64,000 bases of DNA from Candidatus Muproteobacteria bacterium (GTDB lineage Bacteria > Pseudomonadota > Gammaproteobacteria > Acidiferrobacterales > Sulfurifustaceae). Below the pieces are notes generated by a model. That model worked only from the letters and a program-made list of their open reading frames with translations. It had not been told where the DNA came from and ran no database searches. Every line of letters begins with the position of its first letter. Position 1 is the first letter of the stretch. Positions 9,559 through 19,912 of the stretch are shown piece after piece. The position numbers and the translations under genes were made by a program. The DNA lies in contig DAIDLH010000051.1 in assembly GCA_027449605.1 (NCBI GenBank), positions 45,037 through 109,036 on the forward strand, given 5' to 3'.

Positions 9559-10701
9559 CTATGTTAACAATTTATTGTAATATTCCAGCAGGGCCGCAAT
9601 AACGCGCTCCTTTGAAAAATACCGAAAGACTCTTTCACGCGCCTTCTCACCCATCCTCTCACGCAATGTATGATTCTGAGCAAGCTCAGCCATCAAACCA
9701 GTTAGTTGCTCGACATTTCCCGGTTCGTGCATCAGTCCAGTCACACCATCCTCAATCGCATCGGTAATACCATATATTCTTGACGCTATCGCGGGCACGC
9801 CAGCGGCCGCAGCCTCAATGATTACCATACCAAACCCCTCACGATAGCTAGGCAAACAGATCACGTCAGCCGCTGCGATGTAACGTTCCGGTGAATTGGT
9901 GTATCCGATGTGACCCATGACATCTGGATTTACCAATCCAAGTTTCTGCATTTGGGGCCAGATATCTTCCTCGTCGGGGCCGACGAATAACAACCTAGTA
10001 CGCAGGTCACGTTCGTATGTCTTCCGAAATGCTAAGGCGAGGTCCAGCAAGCCTTTGTCTCTGGTGAGCCTTCCAAGATAAAGAAAGACAACCTCATCAT
10101 CCTTTGCATGAATTTCCTTCCTTGCCGCGTGTCGTAGCGCAGGATCATGCCTGAATTTCTTTGTGTCAACTCCGCTGATCGATCCATCTCCCAACACAAC
10201 CGACTTTTTTTCACTGATCACAGCCTCCTCGATGAGGAATTTTCGTTCTGACCGGCTGATAATGGTGACATGCGTTGCGCAATTTGCCACAATGGTATCC
10301 ATCAATTTTAGAAACCACCTCCAGACACCTCTTCGGGTGCTCCACGGCTCTCCCTGAAAAGTATGGATTCGTACCCTGACACGCGCGAGGCAAGCCGCGA
10401 CCATTGCTAGCAAGCCCGCCTTCGGTGCAATGGAATGGACCAAATCAAATTTTTCCCTCCTGAAACAACGCCACAGAGAGGCCAATGCCAGCATGTCGCG
10501 CTGGAGAGCTACTTTTCGCTCGAGTCGTATTGGTATCACCCTGATTTTTTTCGGGAGATTCCGAAGCGTGACATCTAGCTTTGGATTAACGATAAGCGTT
10601 ACGTCGTACCTGTTGCTAAGCGCCTCCAGGATATCGATCAAAAAAAAATTAACGATCAGTGGGGTGGTCGTAACCAAACAAATTTTTACGTCGTGAGTCA
10701 C
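9559..10701 (-). CDS. GT4 glycosyltransferase
   Basis: HSIAPKAG, YLGRLTRDKG, PSYREGFGMVIIEAAAAG. Confidence 0.9.
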   Translation of the reverse strand: MTHDVKICLVTTTPLIVNFFLIDILEALSNRYDVTLIVNPKLDVTLRNLPKKIRVIPIRLERKVALQRDMLALASLWRCFRREKFDLVHSIAPKAGLLAMVAACLARVRVRIHTFQGEPWSTRRGVWRWFLKLMDTIVANCATHVTIISRSERKFLIEEAVISEKKSVVLGDGSISGVDTKKFRHDPALRHAARKEIHAKDDEVVFLYLGRLTRDKGLLDLALAFRKTYERDLRTRLLFVGPDEEDIWPQMQKLGLVNPDVMGHIGYTNSPERYIAAADVICLPSYREGFGMVIIEAAAAGVPAIASRIYGITDAIEDGVTGLMHEPGNVEQLTGLMAELAQNHTLRERMGEKARERVFRYFSKERVIAALLEYYNKLLT

Positions 10702-10724
10702 AGGGAGATAAAAACCTATGCTTT

Positions 10725-12731
10725 TCAGCTACTTGAGCTTGCTGGATTTTGTTCTATGGCATCGAACCATGCCTGGAACATCAGAATATTCCAGAGAGAA
10801 TGCTGCCAGTTGCGATGGCCCGACAGGTGTTCGCGCCACTTCTCGCGTATCGGCTCGTGGCGGAAAAAACCCTCCTGCATCAATCTGCGTTCATCCAGCA
10901 ATTCTTCCGCCCAATCTCGCAGTGGGCCGCGCAACCATTCATCGATGGGGATACTGAATCCCATTTTTTTTCGTTCGATCAACTCCCTGGGGACATACTT
11001 GTACAGAACGCGTCGCAATAGCCATTTTCCCTGGCCGTTCCTGACTTTCATCGATAGCGGTAGACGCCAGGAGAATTCGGCGAGGCGGTGATCCAGCAAC
11101 GGTACGCGCGCCTCCAGTCCAACCGCCATGCTGGCGCGGTCCAGCTTGGCCAGAATGTCGTCGGGAAGATAAGTCGTCGTATCCACGAACATCATCTGTT
11201 GCAAAAAATCCTGCAGAACCGGCCTTTGGCTGCTATCGGTCAACGCCGTCGCCGGCTCATGACCGCTCAGCACCAGCGCATCCGGTTTTTTCCAAAGCGA
11301 GATGAGGCCCATATATAAGTCCTCAGGCCGGCGCGCCGTGATTGCTTCAGCAAGCTTATGCAACTTGTCGCCGACGTGGCGCAATTTGATTCTGGGTGGC
11401 AATAACGGATTTAATGCAAAAAAGAAACCGTCCCACACATGAGGTGGAATCAGTCTCAGCATGACGGATGTCATGCTCCGAAGCCCATGCGGCATCCAGC
11501 CGATCGCGTTCCAGATCCGTTGGCCGCGGAAATAGTGATTGTATCCCGCGAACAGTTCATCGCCGCCGTCACCGGAAAGACTGACAGTAACATGCCGCCT
11601 GGCGAGCTGAGAAACCAGAAAAGTCGGGATTTGCGACGAGTCGGAAAATGGCTCGTCATACAACGTTGGCAGCTTTGGTATTACCGCCATGGCTTCTTTG
11701 GGCGTGACATAGAGTTCGGTATGTTCGGTTCCCAGGTGTCTCGCCACTGCCTTGGCATACACTGCCTCGTCGTACCACGGCTCATTGAATCCGATCGTAA
11801 ATGTTTTCACCGGGCGGTCAGACTGCTCCTGCATCAGCGCTACCACAGTCGACGAATCGACACCCCCGGATAAAAACGCACCCAAGGGTACATCCGCCAC
11901 CATTTGGCGTCTGACCGATGTCTTCAGGATGTTTTCCAGCTGCTCAACCGCCTCTGCGTCCCCTCCCCTGAAGGGGTTGGCAACGCCATCCGCGGCAATC
12001 TGCGTGACGGACCAGTATGCGCGCGCTGAAAGCGGCCCCGGACAGTTCGCACCGCCATTTGCGGGAACATTCCGGCTTTCCACGCGCGCCATCGATCCGG
12101 GCATAAGCTTATAGAAGCCTCGGTAGATCGAATGCGGGGCGGGGATATAACTCAGCCGTGCGTAAACAGCCAGCGCATCGCGGTTGATCTCGCCGTGCCA
12201 AGCCGGGTGCGCCCGCAATGCCTTCAGCTCCGAACCGAAGATAAAAGCATTCTTCACCCACCCATAGTAAAGCGGCTTCTCCCCCAACCGATCGCGCACC
12301 AGGTGCAATACCCTTTCCCGGCGGTCCCACAGGGCAAACGCGAACATCCCGGTGAAGCGACTCACGGCGGCCTCCAGCCCCCAGTGGGCGATTGCCGCCA
12401 ACATCGTTTCCGTGTCCGAATGGCCGCGCCATGCCACGGCGGCGCCCTTCCCTTCAAGTTCCTTGCGCAACTCGGAGTGGTTGTATATTTCTCCGTTGAA
12501 AACCACCACATAGCGCCCGTCCCTGGAATGCATCGGCTGCATGCCTTCGGCGGAAAGATCCAGTATGGAGAGGCGACGATGACCCAGCGCAATGCCCGCA
12601 TCCGGATCGGACCAGACATCGCCGGCATCGGGTCCGCGATGTGTCAGCGGCTCAACCATCCGGCGGGCGATGGCGCCTAAATCACTTCGCGCAGTATTCC
12701 CGGCAAAGAGTACTCCTGCTATACCGCACAT
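10725..12731 (-). CDS. asnB: AsnB-like glutamine amidotransferase (probable sugar uronamide synthase)
   Basis: N-terminal MCGIAG nucleophile, FNGEIYN, LSGGVDSS, SGDGGDELFAGY; polysaccharide context. Confidence 0.9.
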   Translation of the reverse strand: MCGIAGVLFAGNTARSDLGAIARRMVEPLTHRGPDAGDVWSDPDAGIALGHRRLSILDLSAEGMQPMHSRDGRYVVVFNGEIYNHSELRKELEGKGAAVAWRGHSDTETMLAAIAHWGLEAAVSRFTGMFAFALWDRRERVLHLVRDRLGEKPLYYGWVKNAFIFGSELKALRAHPAWHGEINRDALAVYARLSYIPAPHSIYRGFYKLMPGSMARVESRNVPANGGANCPGPLSARAYWSVTQIAADGVANPFRGGDAEAVEQLENILKTSVRRQMVADVPLGAFLSGGVDSSTVVALMQEQSDRPVKTFTIGFNEPWYDEAVYAKAVARHLGTEHTELYVTPKEAMAVIPKLPTLYDEPFSDSSQIPTFLVSQLARRHVTVSLSGDGGDELFAGYNHYFRGQRIWNAIGWMPHGLRSMTSVMLRLIPPHVWDGFFFALNPLLPPRIKLRHVGDKLHKLAEAITARRPEDLYMGLISLWKKPDALVLSGHEPATALTDSSQRPVLQDFLQQMMFVDTTTYLPDDILAKLDRASMAVGLEARVPLLDHRLAEFSWRLPLSMKVRNGQGKWLLRRVLYKYVPRELIERKKMGFSIPIDEWLRGPLRDWAEELLDERRLMQEGFFRHEPIREKWREHLSGHRNWQHSLWNILMFQAWFDAIEQNPASSSS

Positions 12732-13606
12732 TATTTATCAGTTTCCTTCGCGCATGCGGACCAATACTGCTCCCACCTTGCCCGATCCTGAACACTGATA
12801 GGCAGGGCGCGATGCCGCAGAATAACGCGCTCCAGTCCTGTCAAGATGGAAAATGCGTCCACCATTCCCTTGGCTGCCTGCGACAACAGCGCCAACAGAC
12901 CTGACAGATACTGGCCGTGGCTGGCCGCAGCCTGTGCCAACGCTCTGGAAAAATAATATCGTGTGACAAGAATTTTTTTCAGCGAAAGGGTTTCCTGGGC
13001 ATAACCGGTCAATATTTCGGGCAGACAGGCAAAACGGCTGGTTTGCCAGCTCCTGAGCAGCAGATCCTGGTCTTGTGCCTTGCGCATCTCGTTGCGGTAA
13101 CGGTGTTTTCGGAACCATTCGGTTCTTCCCATCCACGTGGGGTGCGCCAGATAGAATCCCGACCAGGGATTTCGGCATATCTCGTCGTGGGTCAGGCGCA
13201 ACGGGAAAGCTCCCACGGCGGCGCCGTCGTTCCCGAACACGACGGCGCCCGTCCCCAGAAGATCGATTTCAGCATGTTGTTGCAGAAACTCGACCTGACG
13301 CTGCAAGCGCTCGGGGTACGCGACGTCATCGGCGTCCAACCGTGCAAAGTATTTGCCGCGACAGATATCCAGCGCCTGGTTAAGACGCGAGGCCAGCCCC
13401 AGTTTTCTGTTGTACGAAACAAGCTTGATGCGCGAATCGTGGAAACCGGCAGCGATGAGACCGGTCGCGTCCGTTGAGCCGTCGTCGATCAGGATCAATT
13501 CCCAATGGGGATAGGTCTGCTGGATAACAGACCAAACGGCACGGCGCAACGTTTTCACGGCGTTATGAACCGGCATGGCGATGCTGACCAGCGGCTGAGA
13601 AACCAT
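12731..13606 (-). CDS. GT2 glycosyltransferase
   Basis: Start refined to ATG 13606 (MVSQPLVSIAMPVHN); DDGSTD, RLDADD, QDQDL. Confidence 0.88.
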   Translation of the reverse strand: MVSQPLVSIAMPVHNAVKTLRRAVWSVIQQTYPHWELILIDDGSTDATGLIAAGFHDSRIKLVSYNRKLGLASRLNQALDICRGKYFARLDADDVAYPERLQRQVEFLQQHAEIDLLGTGAVVFGNDGAAVGAFPLRLTHDEICRNPWSGFYLAHPTWMGRTEWFRKHRYRNEMRKAQDQDLLLRSWQTSRFACLPEILTGYAQETLSLKKILVTRYYFSRALAQAAASHGQYLSGLLALLSQAAKGMVDAFSILTGLERVILRHRALPISVQDRARWEQYWSACAKETDK

Positions 13607-13635
13607 ATGACGGGTTATCGCAACGAACCGGGGAA

Positions 13636-14868
13636 TCAGCTTTCCTGGTAAAAAAGCCTTCCAGGAATACCGCTCGCGCTGTACGTTTGCCGCCGGAACA
13701 GTCTCCAGCTGGTCTCGAACATCAACCGGCGCGCGAGCCTTGGTCCCCTCATCCGGCCGACCAGAATCACGCACGGAACAAGCAAGCAAAGCTTGAACGT
13801 TTTAAGCGCCCAACCGGCTTTATGCGCCTTTACGAAAGCGGAAAAGGCGGAGAAATCGATCCGACATAATGCCGGGCCTGAACCATCAGCCGCGACTCTG
13901 CCTGCCCGCGCTGCTCGTTCCAACAGCTCCCGGAAACGCAGATCATAGGTATGCTCAGCGCGGGTACGCGCATGACCTGCCCGGGCTATTTCATCCCGTT
14001 CCTTCGGGTGAGCAAGAAAGTGTTTTATCTTGCCGGCCATATCATCAATGCCGTCAAAAACAATGATTTCCTTTCCCGGGATGTAAAAGCTCTCCAAACG
14101 CTCCGCGTTCTCAGTCATCAGGAAACCCCCAGCGCCGGGAACCTCAAATACTCTGGCCTTGATCTGACGGCTTCTGCGCGGAACGAATCCGTGCAGCACA
14201 AAACCAGAATCGCCGAAATTGAGGCTGACGGCAGACTCACGGATGATTCTCGGAATATCTGTCGCCGGTACCGCGCCATTAGGCCACCCATGACCGAAGC
14301 ACGCGACGTCAATTCCTCTCTTCTTCAGTTCGGCTATCCATTTCGGACGGTTACCGTAGGCGGTGCCGACAAAAGACACTTCATAACGGCACTGGCGCGC
14401 TGGAAGAGGATCGGCAAGCCTACCTGCGTCGGCAGCCCACTGCGTCAGCATGAAATTGGACAGGCCGTCTTCCGCTGATTTCGCAAGCGCTGCCGGATAG
14501 GTCGTGGCATAGAGATCGAACACAGGGGCCACGAGCCGGGAGAACTGGGTGTACTTCCATGAATCGTCCGTTGACCAGTTGATGATGATGGCGGGACACG
14601 AGCGTCGCACTGTTTCCAGCGTCTCCAGCCACAGCTCATAGTGCATCAACACACAAAATATCAGATCGGGATTCTCGCGCTCAACCATCTTCAGGAAATC
14701 GACATTCAATTCTGCGAAGTTCTTATAATCGCTACGAAGCCAGGATTCGAAATGCACGACGTCGTGACCCAGACGGCGCAGCGCCGGAATGAAATTTGAA
14801 TACTCATATCCTTCACCCCGCGCGGGATCGCCGTAATTGTACCGGCCGAATACGCAAACTATTTTCAC
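13636..14868 (-). CDS. CgeB-like GT-B glycosyltransferase
   Basis: VSFVGTAYGNR, QIKARVFEVPGAGGFLMTE, EHTYDLRF. Confidence 0.8.
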   Translation of the reverse strand: MKIVCVFGRYNYGDPARGEGYEYSNFIPALRRLGHDVVHFESWLRSDYKNFAELNVDFLKMVERENPDLIFCVLMHYELWLETLETVRRSCPAIIINWSTDDSWKYTQFSRLVAPVFDLYATTYPAALAKSAEDGLSNFMLTQWAADAGRLADPLPARQCRYEVSFVGTAYGNRPKWIAELKKRGIDVACFGHGWPNGAVPATDIPRIIRESAVSLNFGDSGFVLHGFVPRRSRQIKARVFEVPGAGGFLMTENAERLESFYIPGKEIIVFDGIDDMAGKIKHFLAHPKERDEIARAGHARTRAEHTYDLRFRELLERAARAGRVAADGSGPALCRIDFSAFSAFVKAHKAGWALKTFKLCLLVPCVILVGRMRGPRLARRLMFETSWRLFRRQTYSASGIPGRLFYQES

Positions 14869-14873
14869 AACTG

Positions 14874-15620
14874 TCAGGGCTGCCGGGTCTTTTCTGCCGT
14901 GACGTGATAACCGACGGTAAATCGCTTATCCCGATCAAAACGATCCAGGTAACGGCACAGCAATGGAACAACCAATCCAAACAGCGGGACCAACGCAACC
15001 CAGATGACAGCCCACAACAATTCAACCGGAATTGGCATACCCAGCTTAAAAGGTCGTGTCATGCGGAGAAACCGGATCGACTCCTGGGAGAAAGTCATGA
15101 AGGAACCGGCGTTGGCATCAATGACGATATTGGCGAATCCGGCCTCTGACAAAAAACGTTTGTGCCAAAACTGAGTATATCCACCATAAAAATGGTATGG
15201 CTCTTGATGAATCCCCGAACCGAGCGGCGCGGTCAAGATCAGTTTCCCACCCGGTTTCAGGATTCGGCTGAATTCCTTGACTGCCTTGATGGGCTCGGGC
15301 AAATGCTCCAGAACCTCCGCGCATAGAATAGCGTCGAAGTGGCCGCTGTCGACCGGAATAGCGGTGGCGTCGCAGACATAATCAATCTGGCCATAGGCGC
15401 CATGTCGCAACTGTTCACCCTTCAACAGCGCGACATCCTGGGTCTTGTATTGACAGTGCGCGAAGAAGGAACGATAGGGACAGGAACCGGCGCCAATGTC
15501 GAGAACAAGGGTGCCTGCGGGGAGTCCTTTTGCCTGTTTCTCGATCCAGACATCGCGATTCACTAAGTTGAATGCGAATAACCTGCTGTCACGCAACAGG
15601 GTGCGCAGCTTCTTAACCAA
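14874..15620 (-). CDS. Class I SAM-dependent methyltransferase
   Basis: VLDIGAGSCPY, EVLEHLPEP, RILKPGG; probable TTG start at 15620 overlapping the upstream stop (track start 15815 overlaps the upstream gene by about 200 nt). Confidence 0.8.
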   Translation of the reverse strand: MVKKLRTLLRDSRLFAFNLVNRDVWIEKQAKGLPAGTLVLDIGAGSCPYRSFFAHCQYKTQDVALLKGEQLRHGAYGQIDYVCDATAIPVDSGHFDAILCAEVLEHLPEPIKAVKEFSRILKPGGKLILTAPLGSGIHQEPYHFYGGYTQFWHKRFLSEAGFANIVIDANAGSFMTFSQESIRFLRMTRPFKLGMPIPVELLWAVIWVALVPLFGLVVPLLCRYLDRFDRDKRFTVGYHVTAEKTRQP

Positions 15621-16422
15621 GCGGTTTTCTCCTGAAGATGAACATCCCGCAACCGTATTCACATTCACGCGCCGCATTGAGATTGCTGTTTTCGCTGTAA
15701 ATGGCAGTATCATCCACAAGCGAAAACTCGATAAGTTCGAGTTCAGGAAAGAAATTACGGACAGTCGAGGGATCAAATACTCTATGCGCATTGAAGCAGA
15801 CCCGCTCACGCCCAATGGGAGCGGACAAATACATCAGTCCGCCAGGTTTTAAAACGCGTTGTAGTTCTCTGGCGGCGAGTAAGCTGCCATCCGGATTGAG
15901 CGGATCGCCGTATCGGCCAAGCCCGATGTGCTCGATCACGTGCAGGCATGACAGTGACTCGATGGAACCCGACGCGAAGGGAAGATGAACGACATCCGCC
16001 GCCAGGGAGTGTAATCCGGACAAACGTGCTGCGACCGGTCGATAGTCCACGAAAACCGTTTCGACCATTCCACTATATACACTGACCGTCAAGACGCTCG
16101 AACCAATGTCGATGTGTAGTGAAGGCTTATATTGCGAAAGGCGGCGCGCGATCCAGGCACCTTGATAGAAATAATGCGGATCAAAAGGTGTGCGCAAAAC
16201 GCGGTCGGTAAGGCAAGGATAAAGTTCTCGTGCGCTGACATTCCCGTCTCTCGTCATGGCGGCGAATTTACGCCATTCGACGAAAAAGCGGGGCAGTAAA
16301 AAAATCCCCATGAAAGGCCTGGGTCCGAATAACAAAGGAAGCCATCGTTTCACAACCGTGGTGAACGAGGCGCGGCGAATACTATTCCCACTCATTGTCG
16401 TCATCCGCGGGCAATCATGCAA
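15613..16422 (-). CDS. DUF268-like SAM-dependent methyltransferase
   Basis: FDPHYFYQGAW, HIDIGS, SCLHVIEHIGLGRYGDPL, FNAHRVF; start uncertain. Confidence 0.75.
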   Translation of the reverse strand: MHDCPRMTTMSGNSIRRASFTTVVKRWLPLLFGPRPFMGIFLLPRFFVEWRKFAAMTRDGNVSARELYPCLTDRVLRTPFDPHYFYQGAWIARRLSQYKPSLHIDIGSSVLTVSVYSGMVETVFVDYRPVAARLSGLHSLAADVVHLPFASGSIESLSCLHVIEHIGLGRYGDPLNPDGSLLAARELQRVLKPGGLMYLSAPIGRERVCFNAHRVFDPSTVRNFFPELELIEFSLVDDTAIYSENSNLNAARECEYGCGMFIFRRKPLG

Positions 16423-16433
16423 TCATGAAATGC

Positions 16434-17666
16434 CTAGAGTGTTCTGTCGAAATTCAGGTGGCAGCCTAGCCTGATCAGCCTGGAATATACTCTGGAGGCA
16501 ATGGAATATTTCTTGATTGTCTGCGGCATTTTGTAAGACCCGAGCAACTTGCCCAGGAAATCGCATGCCTGCTTGACATCGCGCAAACCAAAGTGACTGG
16601 CATCGAGCGCGAGGCATCCACGCTCGTCGAGGCCATAACGCGGAATGTTTAACTGCTTTATTTTGTTACCGCGCTTTTTGGCATGGCGACGCGCGTATTC
16701 CTCCAGCCCATGCTTTTTTGTCGCGGCAAGCAGCTGCTCACACGCGAGTTCATATTCGTTGTCATCGAGTAAGGATATTTCGCGGATGATTTTTCTGACC
16801 GCTCTGTGAACGTTTAATCGGATCGAGTTTTTGTACCAGTGGCGCTTTGCCTGCATCAATGATTCCAACACGGCGGAAGTCACGGAACCATACACGATGC
16901 CGAAGATGATATCTCTGTCAGTATCAATTTCATCAATGAACGTCTGGGCTACCGATTTGTCGCTCGCCCGGTGAAATTGCGACGTGCCGATACTGGCAGC
17001 GGACGCGCCGTTAACAGAAAAAGGCCTGACAGAATAAAGATACGCGTCGGTTGCCGACAGGATCACAATCCCGGAATACACGTCCGGAATGATACAGCGG
17101 AAAAAGGGCTTCCCCTCTTGCATTATCCGCCTGATGAGGCTCATGGAGACAAAACTGTTATATAAAGTCGGCGTGCGGTTGTAAGGCAACCATAGACGTG
17201 ACACGTCTCTGAGTATGCGACTTGTTTCATAGCGTATCAGATGAGTCTGTAACGGGATTTGAAGATAATTTCGGTAGTGCTCGATGACGTGATTAGGCCA
17301 ACAATATTCCGCCTTGAGCCAGGTCAACGCAGACATACCGTTTCGTTCGAGGACATGAGCGATATCGCGCAGAGCTTGCGGCATCAACCCGTCATCGTCG
17401 CCCAGAAACGTTACAAACTCGCCTGTTACATGAGAAAGGCCGTGCTCCCAATTCTCCGACATGCTCACCCGCTTTCCGGGATTGACATATTTGATCCGCG
17501 GGTCAGAAAACGAGCCAACAACATCCCGTGTGCCATCGTCGCTGTGGTTGTCGCTGACGATTATCTCGGCGCTGTCGTAATCCTGCGCTACGCAGGTTTC
17601 AAGCGTTGAGCGGAGGGTTGCACAACGATTACGCGTGGGAATGACTATTGAGAATTTCGGTTCCAT
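16434..17666 (-). CDS. GT2 glycosyltransferase
   Basis: MEPKFSIVIPTRNR, SDNHSDDGT, FLGDDD. Confidence 0.85.
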   Translation of the reverse strand: MEPKFSIVIPTRNRCATLRSTLETCVAQDYDSAEIIVSDNHSDDGTRDVVGSFSDPRIKYVNPGKRVSMSENWEHGLSHVTGEFVTFLGDDDGLMPQALRDIAHVLERNGMSALTWLKAEYCWPNHVIEHYRNYLQIPLQTHLIRYETSRILRDVSRLWLPYNRTPTLYNSFVSMSLIRRIMQEGKPFFRCIIPDVYSGIVILSATDAYLYSVRPFSVNGASAASIGTSQFHRASDKSVAQTFIDEIDTDRDIIFGIVYGSVTSAVLESLMQAKRHWYKNSIRLNVHRAVRKIIREISLLDDNEYELACEQLLAATKKHGLEEYARRHAKKRGNKIKQLNIPRYGLDERGCLALDASHFGLRDVKQACDFLGKLLGSYKMPQTIKKYSIASRVYSRLIRLGCHLNFDRTL

Positions 17667-17809
17667 CGTAGCGGCTCTATATGCTCCCATGGCAAGCAAT
17701 ACTTTCAGAAGTGGATTCTTTCATCAGTTGCAGGACGCTTGAGAGTTGGAACAAGCTTTAGAAGCAGGCACACATCAGAAAACTAATGGTGCGTTAGATG
17801 TATCCGGGA

Positions 17810-18574
17810 TTAAATCCTTCGCAACCACGCCCGCGGCCAGTGCGTGATGTTATCGGTCAACCTGCTTTCATTAAACGGCCAGAGAGGCTGCTCGATGACG
17901 AACTCAGGATGGGATTGCGCGAATTCCTCGGCGGCGGCTGTCGGATTATCCCAAGCCCAGTCCGGTTTCCCGCGAGGAACGTCGTGGAGGTCTTTCATGC
18001 TGCCGTCGGTCGCGACGATATACGATCCTCGTGTAACAAGACCATGATACGCATTCAGCTCGTCGAGAACGTGCTGCTTGGAATGATTGGAATCAAGGAT
18101 CACAAGCACGGTTTCGCCGGGGCGGATTGTGGATTTCACCTGCTCAACGACACGTGGATCAATCGAGCTTCCTTCAACAAGCGTGATATATCCGGATAAT
18201 TCATGCGCTTCGATTGCCCTGCGATTGTGCGGCCGGATTTCTACATCAATACCGATAACTCGGCCCTTTTCCATTGCTTTGCAAAGACTGGCATAGAGAA
18301 TCAGCGAGCCACCATGGGCAACACCGGTCTCGAGTATCACGTCGGGCTTGATGCGGTAAATGACCTCCTGCGCCCGGAGAATATCCTCGGGAAGCTGGAT
18401 GATCGGTCTTCCCATCCAACTGAAGGTATAGGGATATTTCTCGTTCCACCCTACTTTGAGCCATTGGCCGGAGATCAGCTCGAAGGCTTCCTTGGAATAG
18501 AGACTGAACTCTTTTTTAGCGCGTGTATCCACTAAAGTAAGCTGATTGGCATCAGTGTCAATGATCAGTTTCAT
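17810..18574 (-). CDS. CmcI/cephalosporin hydroxylase family (sugar O-methyltransferase-like)
   Basis: WMGRPIIQLPED, ETGVAHGGS, ILDSNHSKQHVL.EL, GSYIVATD. Confidence 0.85.
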   Translation of the reverse strand: MKLIIDTDANQLTLVDTRAKKEFSLYSKEAFELISGQWLKVGWNEKYPYTFSWMGRPIIQLPEDILRAQEVIYRIKPDVILETGVAHGGSLILYASLCKAMEKGRVIGIDVEIRPHNRRAIEAHELSGYITLVEGSSIDPRVVEQVKSTIRPGETVLVILDSNHSKQHVLDELNAYHGLVTRGSYIVATDGSMKDLHDVPRGKPDWAWDNPTAAAEEFAQSHPEFVIEQPLWPFNESRLTDNITHWPRAWLRRI

Positions 18575-18577
18575 GCG

Positions 18578-19864
18578 TTATGTACACACCTGGGATTTCC
18601 GGTCGATAAGATACGAGTATTTTCTGATGAAGTCGCGGCCAATGCGAGCGCGCGTTCCAAACGAGTAATGGCCCTGTTTGAAAAATTCTTTATACCTTTG
18701 TTGCAATCTTTCATCTTCTTGGGTGTAAAAACCGGATCCTTCGAGAATTTGAAGCATTTCATCGATAAGATCCCGGATATCCTCTTCAGTGTTCTCGATA
18801 ACTTGAATGCGAGCATCTTTATACTGACTGGCGAATCTGTAATTCGCAACTGGAGAACAAAATATTTCCTCAAACGAGAGATAACGATTCTCATCCTGTG
18901 ACCAGTGAAGTTTGGGTATTCCTATGTCCATTTTGCCAAAAGGCATCACCGAGACGGGCACCAGGTTCGTGAGCGCCGAGGGAACACCGAACACGGTCGA
19001 GACCCAGCTTAAACCGGAATTGCTCCCCAAAAAAAACCGGCAACTGGCGCATAAGAATACATCCATCCAGTCGTGCTTCAGGTCGCTGTGTGCGTAGTCG
19101 ATGAGATGCTCCATTGCCGGTAATTTTGACATACTGGCATCGCCCATCCGTATGCACCATCCCCCCTTGCCGGTAATCGCCTTTATGGCGGAAGAATAAC
19201 TGCGAATATCGCAATTCCGGTAAGAATGAATCATTTCATCGTGCGGCGAATAACCGCCCTCTCTGGAATGAAGACAAACGAACCAGGCGTCCGGCGGCAT
19301 GCCGAGCTTTTCCAGGCATGCCCGTCCCCGGCGCTTGTCGGCCTCGCTTAATTGCAGCAAGGGAGGCCGGTCACCCCAACTTGTCTCAACTGCCGCGTAA
19401 GCAGCGGTCATGTCTATGGCGACGGCATAATGGGAAATATCCAGCCGTAACCGCTTATAAAGCAAAAATGGCGACAACAGCGTGCGCCCAATGGGGGACG
19501 TGACAACCCTGATATGTTTCCTCCAGTAGTTAAGAAAATGACGGTTCGCAACTGGACGGGCTGCCAACAATACCCCAAAATATTGCGGTCGCATTCCCAA
19601 TATGCCTTCCTTGATATAACAGTCGGGCTCCATCGCGAGGTGGCCGATCCGCTCCATGAACACGTCCAGGAATCTGACCCTGGCTAAATACAAAAACCAG
19701 GACGGTAGCCAATATAACAACCACAACGGTGGGCTGAATAACCTGAATGCCGCCCGGCGCAAGAACCAGGAAAAACCGCGATAGCGTATTGAATTTGCAA
19801 TGCGCGTTTTGATCTGTTGAACACGACTGAGTTGATTCATGTCAGAATGCATTTGACATTCCAT
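18578..19864 (-). CDS. Putative glycosyltransferase, TIGR04372-like
   Basis: RIGHLA, VCLHSREGGY, YRNCDI, IRMGD, FFLGSNSG; family recalled, not searched. Confidence 0.65.
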   Translation of the reverse strand: MECQMHSDMNQLSRVQQIKTRIANSIRYRGFSWFLRRAAFRLFSPPLWLLYWLPSWFLYLARVRFLDVFMERIGHLAMEPDCYIKEGILGMRPQYFGVLLAARPVANRHFLNYWRKHIRVVTSPIGRTLLSPFLLYKRLRLDISHYAVAIDMTAAYAAVETSWGDRPPLLQLSEADKRRGRACLEKLGMPPDAWFVCLHSREGGYSPHDEMIHSYRNCDIRSYSSAIKAITGKGGWCIRMGDASMSKLPAMEHLIDYAHSDLKHDWMDVFLCASCRFFLGSNSGLSWVSTVFGVPSALTNLVPVSVMPFGKMDIGIPKLHWSQDENRYLSFEEIFCSPVANYRFASQYKDARIQVIENTEEDIRDLIDEMLQILEGSGFYTQEDERLQQRYKEFFKQGHYSFGTRARIGRDFIRKYSYLIDRKSQVCT

Positions 19865-19912
19865 AAAAAGAGACCGAATTGATGGGCCATAATCACGTGG
19901 TTTCGATCGTCG

